From an uncultured virus (IMG/VR IMGVR_UViG_3300025141_015636) (lineage: Duplodnaviria; Heunggongvirae; Uroviricota; Caudoviricetes), in the IMG/VR virus record IMGVR_UViG_3300025141_015636: a stretch of DNA of 64,000 nt, one strand, 5' to 3'. The position numbers and the translations under genes were made by a program. This document shows, piece by piece, positions 57,693 to 64,000 of the stretch. Under the pieces are notes generated by a model. The model was given only the letters and a program-made list of their open reading frames with translations. It was not told where the DNA came from and made no database searches. The first letter of the stretch is position 1. Each line of letters opens with the position of its first letter.

Positions 57693-59225
57693 GTGAAAAG
57701 CAAAGAGTTTATAAAGAGATACGCATCAGAGCTAGAGCCGAAAGGTCCTATTGGTGTGTATTCTGGTAGAGGAATAGGAATACCTGTTGTTGGAGCTATT
57801 GGTGGCGGTGACGGCGCAAAGAGCAAGATAGGTAGAAATAAGAGGCCTTACTACCAAGGTGATGGCGGATCACCATCGCAGGCAGCCGATGCAGGATTTT
57901 CTAGTTATATGGCAAGAGTGAATAAGGGTGATCATCCAGAATTTGATGAAATAAGATTAATGTTTCCTGAGCAAGAAGAGGAAGAGGAAGATATTTATTA
58001 TACGGATTACCCGTTTACAAAATTAAGAATGTCGGAAGATGAAATGAGAACCAAAAAGATAAGCTCGGTATTGCTTGATGAAGATGCAGTAGTAGATGGA
58101 AGTATATATAGCTTAGCCTCTCTATATGATACAGATGAAGCATATCAAATAAATGAGTTTCTTGATACAATAAAGTCAACTTTTAAGGATATTGGAAGTG
58201 AGCTTATCGGAGATCAGATAGGAATATGGTCAGGAAGAATTCCATTTCTCGGAACACCCTTGACTCTCGGCCAAATAGCATGGAATATGAGACAGCTCCA
58301 GGGTGATATGGATGACGCCCAGACAAACGTTAATAACTTTGTCAGCAACCCTGATGATAGCCTTGCCCAACAATTAGTTAGTGATGTTGAATCTATAACA
58401 ATAAACTATTTTGATCTTATAAGATCTCTTCTCAGTCTTGCAACATTGGGATGGGGCGGCCAAATGGTTTCAGGTTGGGCACAAGCTTTTCACAATTCTT
58501 GGGGTGCGAGAATAGTAGGGATGGGAGCAGGAGGATCAATAGGAAATGCTGTAAAAAGTGTAATTATTGGACATAATCTATTTGAAGAAATGACTGAGAC
58601 GCTGATGTCTCCGAGTATATCTTCAAAGATAGCACAGGGCGCAGCTTCAGGACTAATAGGGACAGTATTTACAGCACCGGGAACTTGTGTTGCTCTTGGT
58701 GACATAATTCAAAGCTGGGAAGAATACAGTGAACAATGCGGCGGCGGCTCATCTTCAGTAATGAATACTTTCTTGGGCTTTGATTTAAATCAGTCAACAC
58801 AATCTACATGTCCACCCTGGACACCGTCCATGGTAAATTCAGAATATCTAACAGTATCTGGAAATAGTATATCACTATCTCCAAGTTCAGGTGGAACATA
58901 TCAATCTACAATACAATCATCAGGAGCCCCCTTGTCAGAGTCAAAATTAAGAGAATTTATTAGAGAGTCAGTATACTTCGATCAGCCAGGATATTATGAA
59001 GCACAGCCTGCTGGGTATCAATTTAGATCTCCGCCATCAGTAGAAATGACAGACGAAGAACAGTTTAAAATTGAGAGTGACTATGATTCGTCTCTTGTCA
59101 AATACAAAGCAGACGGGGGAATAGTAAATTATCAAAGTAGGCCAGAAACACTTGAAGAGATGGCACTAAGAAGGATAATAAGAAATGAGTTATCATTTCT
59201 TGCAGAAGATAAAAAAAAAAGATAG
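57693..59225 (+). CDS. Hypothetical multi-segment protein, putative capsid-packaged protein
   Basis: Gly-rich N-terminus, acidic linker, hydrophobic Gly-rich helical core, and LSESKLREFIRES and LRRIIRNEL helices. Ends on an A10 run. Confidence 0.7.
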   Translation: MKSKEFIKRYASELEPKGPIGVYSGRGIGIPVVGAIGGGDGAKSKIGRNKRPYYQGDGGSPSQAADAGFSSYMARVNKGDHPEFDEIRLMFPEQEEEEEDIYYTDYPFTKLRMSEDEMRTKKISSVLLDEDAVVDGSIYSLASLYDTDEAYQINEFLDTIKSTFKDIGSELIGDQIGIWSGRIPFLGTPLTLGQIAWNMRQLQGDMDDAQTNVNNFVSNPDDSLAQQLVSDVESITINYFDLIRSLLSLATLGWGGQMVSGWAQAFHNSWGARIVGMGAGGSIGNAVKSVIIGHNLFEEMTETLMSPSISSKIAQGAASGLIGTVFTAPGTCVALGDIIQSWEEYSEQCGGGSSSVMNTFLGFDLNQSTQSTCPPWTPSMVNSEYLTVSGNSISLSPSSGGTYQSTIQSSGAPLSESKLREFIRESVYFDQPGYYEAQPAGYQFRSPPSVEMTDEEQFKIESDYDSSLVKYKADGGIVNYQSRPETLEEMALRRIIRNELSFLAEDKKKR

Positions 59226-59425
59226 ACGAAGATCCTGAAGAAAAAGATGATGCTGTTGATGAGTTTAGCTCAGTCGGCGGAGTAGCAGGAATGGTATTGC
59301 CACTTGGAATGTCAGGCGCAGGAAATGCTATGGACAGCGTCAGTTCTTTTGGAGGAGCATCTAATCCAGGTAAAAAAAGAAAAGCATCAAAGAAAAGAAA
59401 AGCAGCAAAGAAAAGAAAAAAATAG
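59213..59425 (+). CDS. -1 frame continuation of the 57693 ORF (not in the ORF track)
   Basis: Open from the A10 run: KIDEDPEEKDDAVDEFSSVGGVAGMVLPLGMSGAGNAMDSVSSFGGASNPGKKRKASKKRKAAKKRKK*. Fills the gap exactly up to the gp32 promoter. Confidence 0.6.
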   Translation, partial: KKKIDEDPEEKDDAVDEFSSVGGVAGMVLPLGMSGAGNAMDSVSSFGGASNPGKKRKASKKRKAAKKRKK

Positions 59426-59455
59426 TTGAAAACTATATCAAGCCTTGTGTATGAT
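59426..59455 (+). promoter_or_regulatory. Sigma70-type promoter for the gp32-like gene
   Basis: TTGAAA (59426-59431) - 18 nt - TATGAT (59450-59455). Confidence 0.6.
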
Positions 59456-59462
59456 ACATAAG

Positions 59463-59510
59463 CAATGAAACATTGAAAATTAAAAACTAAACATTGCAAA
59501 TTAAACATTG
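59463..59510 (+). promoter_or_regulatory. A-rich repeated leader of the gp32-like gene (candidate autogenous translational operator)
   Basis: AAACATTG at 59468, 59489 and 59503; AAATTAAA twice; the last copy abuts SD GGAG. Confidence 0.5.
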
Positions 59511-59518
59511 GAGAAAAA

Positions 59519-60307
59519 ATGAGCATTGATTTTGAAGCAATTCGAAAAAAGTTAGAGCGCCTAAGCGGTGCAAATAGAAATAGGTCGGCTATGTGGAAGC
59601 CGACAGAGGGTGAAGAACATGTAGTTAGACTACTTTCTTTCCCAGATAATGAAGGCCAGCCCTTTCAAGAGCGCTGGTTTTATTACGGAATTGGAAACAA
59701 TAGGGGACTTCTTGCTCCTTATCAGTTTAGCGATCCAGATCCTGTACAGGAACTTATTACAACACTTCGAGATGACGGGTCTAAAGAGTCATATGAATTA
59801 GCGAAGAAGCTTTATCCAAAGATGAGAACATACGCACCTGTAATTGTTAGAGGGGAAGAGGATAAAGGAGTCCAGATTTGGGGATTCGGAAAGACAGTAT
59901 ACCAAACTTTACTTGGAATTATGCTTGACGAGGACTACGGCGATATTACAGATCCTACATCTGGAAGAGATATAAAAGTAGCATGTGTTAAGCAGCCAGG
60001 AAGAAAGTGGGCAATGACAGAGGTGAGGCCCAGAGGCAGACAGTCAAAACTATCATCAAAGTCAGACCAAGCAAAAGAATGGCTTGATAGCATTCCAAAT
60101 CTTAGCGATATTTATCAGTGTAAGTCATATGATGAGTTATCTAAAATTGTAAATGACTGGCTTAATGATGATAATGATTCTGGAGACGGTTTTGAAAAGC
60201 CGACAGGATCATCACAAATGTCTCAGCAGAAACAATCTTCAACCGATAGCTCATCAAAAGCATATAGCAATATTGATGATGCATTTGCTGATTTAATGGA
60301 TGAGTAA
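59519..60307 (+). CDS. Single-stranded DNA-binding protein (T4 gp32-like)
   Basis: WKP......VRLL, DPV.E, GVQIWGFGKTVY, DITDP..GRDI, and acidic tail IDDAFADLMDE. Confidence 0.88.
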   Translation: MSIDFEAIRKKLERLSGANRNRSAMWKPTEGEEHVVRLLSFPDNEGQPFQERWFYYGIGNNRGLLAPYQFSDPDPVQELITTLRDDGSKESYELAKKLYPKMRTYAPVIVRGEEDKGVQIWGFGKTVYQTLLGIMLDEDYGDITDPTSGRDIKVACVKQPGRKWAMTEVRPRGRQSKLSSKSDQAKEWLDSIPNLSDIYQCKSYDELSKIVNDWLNDDNDSGDGFEKPTGSSQMSQQKQSSTDSSSKAYSNIDDAFADLMDE

Positions 60308-60315
60308 GTTTAGAT

Positions 60316-60344
60316 TGCCGAGATAGTATTTTGCTATCTCGGCA
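60316..60344 (+). terminator. Strong hairpin after gp32 (weak terminator or 3' stabiliser)
   Basis: TGCCGAGATAG...CTATCTCGGCA 11-bp perfect stem, but a poor U-tract (GTTAAT). Confidence 0.55.
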
Positions 60345-60383
60345 GTTAATACCAAGATAGTATTATATGACGGATAAAAAAAT

Positions 60384-61535
60384 ATGGGAAAAAAGACTAC
60401 AGATGATTTTACATCTGATTTAATAAAATCTTTAAACAAAGATCACGGATCAAGGGTTGCATATAATCTTTCTACAGATGAATCCCCTACACATGTTAAT
60501 AGATGGATAAGCACAGGTTCAAAACTTTTAGATTATATATGCTCAAACAGATCCCAGGGAGGACTTCCTGAGGGTAGGATCGTAGAAATATTTGGTCCGC
60601 CTTCTATTGGTAAGTCACATATTGCAACTCAGATTGCAAGAACAACACAAAATCTGGGTGGAATAATAGTTTATATCGATACAGAAAATGCAACAAGTGT
60701 TGAAAATTTAAAGATGCTAGGCGTTGATGTTTCAAAAAGATTTGTATATGTTGATACACATTGCACTGAGGAAGTTTTATCAATAGCTGAATCTACAATT
60801 ATGAAAGCAAAGGCAATGGACAAAGATATACCTGTTACAATAGTATGGGATTCTGTTGCTGCATCATCTCCAAAAGCAGAGCTGCTTGGAGATTATGATA
60901 AAGAATCAATTGGATTACAAGCAAGGGCTATATCGAAAGGTATGAGAAAAATTACTGGTGTTATTGCTAACCAGAACGTGCTATTCGTAATTCTTAATCA
61001 AATTCGAACAAAAATTGGTGTAATGTATGGAGATCCTGATACAACACCTGGTGGTAAGGCAATACCGTTTCACTCATCTACAAGAATAAAGCTAGGAGCA
61101 GGTCAACAGATAAAAGATGGAGATGATGTAATTGGAATCCATGTTTCAGCTAAGACAATTAAAAATAAAGTAGCTCCCCCTTTTAGAAAGGTAAACTTTG
61201 AAATACATTTTGGTGTTGGAATCAAAGAGCATGAACAAATATTTGATATATTAAGAAAGAATGGCCCAGAAATAATTGATGGAAAAGAGATATCTGTATC
61301 TGGAACAGGATCATGGAAGTGCTTTTCTGTCTCTGATGTAGGAACAGGCGAAATTCTAATTGAGAAAAAGTTTCATAAGCAGAAGTTTAATGAGATTATT
61401 GAAAATCCTGAGTATGAAAATTATATTTCTCAAATACTAGAGAAAACAATGGTAAAAAAGATGAATTCTGAAGAAATGGATATTGATCATGAGTCTCTTG
61501 TTGAGATGGAGGCTTTGTCACTTGAACTAGTGTGA
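60384..61535 (+). CDS. recA: RecA/UvsX recombinase
   Basis: ISTGS..LD, GGLPEGRIVEIFGPPSIGKS, YIDTENA, IVWDSVAA, NQIRTKIGVMYGDP.TTPGGKA, KNKVAPPF. Confidence 0.95.
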   Translation: MGKKTTDDFTSDLIKSLNKDHGSRVAYNLSTDESPTHVNRWISTGSKLLDYICSNRSQGGLPEGRIVEIFGPPSIGKSHIATQIARTTQNLGGIIVYIDTENATSVENLKMLGVDVSKRFVYVDTHCTEEVLSIAESTIMKAKAMDKDIPVTIVWDSVAASSPKAELLGDYDKESIGLQARAISKGMRKITGVIANQNVLFVILNQIRTKIGVMYGDPDTTPGGKAIPFHSSTRIKLGAGQQIKDGDDVIGIHVSAKTIKNKVAPPFRKVNFEIHFGVGIKEHEQIFDILRKNGPEIIDGKEISVSGTGSWKCFSVSDVGTGEILIEKKFHKQKFNEIIENPEYENYISQILEKTMVKKMNSEEMDIDHESLVEMEALSLELV

Positions 61536-62488
61536 TTATTATGAATGAAACCTGCCTAATATTTGACGGACTCAATATTTTTACTCGTCATTATATTGCA
61601 AACCCATCTATCGGTGAAAATGGTGATGCTATCGGTGGAGTAGTTGGAATGATTAATGCTATTGCATCTTTATGTGAAAAATTTTCACCAACAAAAGTAT
61701 TTGTTATATGGGAAGGCGGAGGCTCTTCAAGAAAGAGATCAATATTTCCTGAATATAAATCGGGAAGAAGACCTCAACGTCTCAATAGATACTATGATAG
61801 TGATATTCCAAATACAGTTGAAAATAGAAATGAACAAGTGCAGATGATAATATCAGTTTTAAGATATATGCCTGTATCACAAATTTATGTAGAAGATTGC
61901 GAAGCCGATGATGTAATTGGGTATATTTGCAAATACAAACTAAAAGATTCTAGAAAAGTAATAGTCTCGTCAGATAAAGATTTTTATCAGCTACTGGACA
62001 AGAAGACAATAATATATTCACCTACATGGAAAAAATTTGTCAGCTTCAAACAAGTAAAAGAAAAATTTGGAATATCTTCAAAAAATTTCTGTCTTGCAAA
62101 ATGTTTATGCGGTGATCCGTCAGATAATATTCCGGGTGCAAAGGGAGCAGGATTCAAAACAATTTCTAAAAGATTCACGTTTTTAGATTCAGATGATGAA
62201 TATTTAATTGATGATATCTTACAAGCTTGCAATGATAAAATATTGTCTGGATCGAAAGTAAAAGTTTTTAGATCAATACTTGATTCTGAGTCACAAATTA
62301 GAAAAAACTGGAAGTTAATAATGCTAGATACAAATAACTTATCAGCATCACAAATTAAAAAAATAGAAAATTCTATTGATACTTTTAAGCCCGTTAGAAA
62401 TAAAATGAAAGCAATTAAAACATTAAGAGATTTATCAATTACAAGTATTAATATTGATAGAGCTTTTATATCAATGAGAAACCTTTAA
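61532..62488 (+). CDS. 5'-3' exonuclease / flap endonuclease (T4 RNase H-like)
   Basis: LIFDG.N, EYKSGR, EADDVIG, SSDKDFYQL, GDPSDNIPG.KG.G.KT. The true start may be ATG 61541. Confidence 0.93.
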   Translation: MIIMNETCLIFDGLNIFTRHYIANPSIGENGDAIGGVVGMINAIASLCEKFSPTKVFVIWEGGGSSRKRSIFPEYKSGRRPQRLNRYYDSDIPNTVENRNEQVQMIISVLRYMPVSQIYVEDCEADDVIGYICKYKLKDSRKVIVSSDKDFYQLLDKKTIIYSPTWKKFVSFKQVKEKFGISSKNFCLAKCLCGDPSDNIPGAKGAGFKTISKRFTFLDSDDEYLIDDILQACNDKILSGSKVKVFRSILDSESQIRKNWKLIMLDTNNLSASQIKKIENSIDTFKPVRNKMKAIKTLRDLSITSINIDRAFISMRNL

Positions 62489-62503
62489 TGGTAGAGATAA
62501 TAA

Positions 62504-63880
62504 ATGAATGAAGTAGCTTACTTTGGACAGTATGGAAAATCTTTTCAAGAGAAAATTTTCCAAGCCTTTATAACAGATACAAATTGGGCAGCCCAAATGA
62601 TAGAGGTTATGACTCCAACTTATTTTGAGCAAGGATATTTACAATACTTGACAAAGAAATATTTCGCATATTATGAAAAGTATAAATGCTTTCCAACTAT
62701 GCCATTATTGATAACAATAGTAAGGGATTCGCTGAGAGAAGGAAGCGATATAATACTCAGGGATCAGGTTGTTGAATTTTTGCATAGGGTTAAGACAAAT
62801 CCTGATATGGGTGATCTTCACTTTGTAAAAGAGAAGTCATTAGACTTTTGCAAAAAGCAAGCACTAAAAGGCGCTCTCGGATCAGCAGTTGACCTTATAG
62901 AGACTGAAGAGTATGAATCTATAGTTACTCTTATGAAGGATGCGATTGCAAAAGGAACGCCATCAACTCTTGGTCATGACTTCTTTAATGACTATGAGCA
63001 TAGGTTTACGACAATAAGTAGATTAACCTGTCCAACGGGACTTAGGCAGCTTGACCAAAAAGATGTCTTAAACGGAGGTTTAGGAAGAGGGGAAATAGGT
63101 GTAATTACAGCACCGACTGGTTGCGGAAAATCTCATTTTCTTGTTCACGTTGGATCTGAAGCACTAAAGGTTGGAAAAAACGTTATACACTATACGTTTG
63201 AGCTATCTGAGAGAGCTGTCGGATTGCGATATGATAGCAATTTATGTAATATTCCTAGTAACGAAATAGTCGATAGAAAAGAAGAGGTCATAAAAATTTA
63301 TGATGAATCTGAGCATGGTAGGCTTATTATAAAAGAGTACCCGACAGGATCTGCAACATCACTAACAATAAGAAATCATATTGAAAAGCTTCTTCTAAAA
63401 GGATTTGTTCCAAGTCTAATAGTGATAGACTACGCTGATATCATGCGATCAACAAGAAAAATGGATTCGCTTAGACATGAATTGAAATTAATATACGAAG
63501 AGTTGCGAAATCTTGCAATGGATATGAATATACCTATCTGGACAGCATCTCAAGCAAATAGAGATGCGTCTAATGCAGATGTAGTAGGTCTTGAAAATAT
63601 GTCAGAAGCATACGGAAAAGCAATGGTCGCTGATGTAGTAATATCTTTGTCAAGAAAACCTTTGGAAAAATCAACAGGGTCAGGAAGATTGTTTGTTGCA
63701 AAAAATAGAGCAGGCCGAGATGGTATTTTATTTCCAATACATTTAGATACAGCAAAATCAATCCTTATGATAGCAGACAATGCAAATGATATATCTTTAA
63801 ACGACGCAGTTGATTTTGATAATAACAGTATGAAAAAACTTTTACTTGAAAAATGGAAACAAGTTAATTCTAGTGTGTAA
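62504..63880 (+). CDS. Replicative helicase (DnaB / T4 gp41-like)
   Basis: GGLGRGE...APTGCGKS (Walker A), TFEL, IKEYPT, IVIDYAD (Walker B), WTASQANR, KNRAG. Confidence 0.93.
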   Translation: MNEVAYFGQYGKSFQEKIFQAFITDTNWAAQMIEVMTPTYFEQGYLQYLTKKYFAYYEKYKCFPTMPLLITIVRDSLREGSDIILRDQVVEFLHRVKTNPDMGDLHFVKEKSLDFCKKQALKGALGSAVDLIETEEYESIVTLMKDAIAKGTPSTLGHDFFNDYEHRFTTISRLTCPTGLRQLDQKDVLNGGLGRGEIGVITAPTGCGKSHFLVHVGSEALKVGKNVIHYTFELSERAVGLRYDSNLCNIPSNEIVDRKEEVIKIYDESEHGRLIIKEYPTGSATSLTIRNHIEKLLLKGFVPSLIVIDYADIMRSTRKMDSLRHELKLIYEELRNLAMDMNIPIWTASQANRDASNADVVGLENMSEAYGKAMVADVVISLSRKPLEKSTGSGRLFVAKNRAGRDGILFPIHLDTAKSILMIADNANDISLNDAVDFDNNSMKKLLLEKWKQVNSSV

Positions 63881-63903
63881 TGTAGAACTACAGGAGGGAA
63901 TCG

Positions 63904-64000
63904 GTGTTCGAGTATAGCGAAGTATTTAATTCAAGCATGGAGTATTTTAAAAATGATGAGCTTTCCGCAAGTGTATTTTCAGGAAAATATGCTTTGTGTG
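63904..64000 (+). CDS. nrdJ: Probable class II (adenosylcobalamin-dependent) ribonucleotide reductase, N-terminus only
   Basis: GTG after AGGAGG. MFEYSEVFNSSMEYFKNDELSASVFSGKYAL resembles the YF.GDELAA.V...KYAL start of one NrdJ clade; only 32 codons are visible. Confidence 0.55.
   Translation, partial: MFEYSEVFNSSMEYFKNDELSASVFSGKYALC

Larger units (their letters stand above)
1..64000 (+). mobile_element. Segment of a large T4-like (contractile-tailed) bacteriophage genome
   Basis: Co-oriented terminase-portal-protease-scaffold-capsid-neck-sheath-tube-TMP-hub genes plus gp32/RecA/DnaB-type replication genes. No cellular housekeeping genes, integrase or att site seen. Confidence 0.96.

Noticed and set aside
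1..64000. tRNA or other structured RNA genes
   Set aside because: Intergenic gaps are about 110 nt or shorter and are taken up by promoters or terminators; no cloverleaf or T-loop GTTCRA context was found in them.

Overview
This 64 kb window is a continuous, AT-rich stretch of a large T4-like myovirus genome. All credible genes lie on the + strand and read in the standard bacterial code. In order, it holds: (1) the end of a repeat-rich tail-fibre-like gene, a J-domain gene and a block of large baseplate/fibre-associated genes (1-17.3 kb); (2) a RuvC-like resolvase, primase and a fused Mre11-Rad50 (SbcD-SbcC) gene; (3) the head module (terminase, portal, prohead protease, small core proteins, scaffold, 650-aa major capsid protein); (4) neck and tail genes (two sheath paralogues, one tube, gp26/gp51-like chaperones, tape measure, tube initiator, LysM/gp53-like protein, hub); and (5) a replication block (minimal family A polymerase, HD protein, gp32, RecA/UvsX, 5'-3' exonuclease, DnaB/gp41 helicase, start of a class II RNR). 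I saw no tRNA, rRNA, CRISPR array, intron, intein or IS. The most notable signals are: a [S/T]-G-S tripeptide enriched in predicted surface parts of several virion proteins but absent from the equally Gly/Ser-rich hub and tube-initiator proteins (a candidate virion-modification sequon); two candidate programmed frameshifts (T7 at 45611, A10 at 59211); a shared L-[KR]-x-[FI]-[IV]-x-x-E-like helix plus [LIV]xE protease sites marking a putative capsid-cargo family; an apparently split P2-gpH-type fibre-anchor domain; a recurring ATANTTA late-promoter candidate; and a probable nested start in the scaffold gene. All family assignments come from motif recognition and gene order by eye. No database search was run, and all counts are manual.
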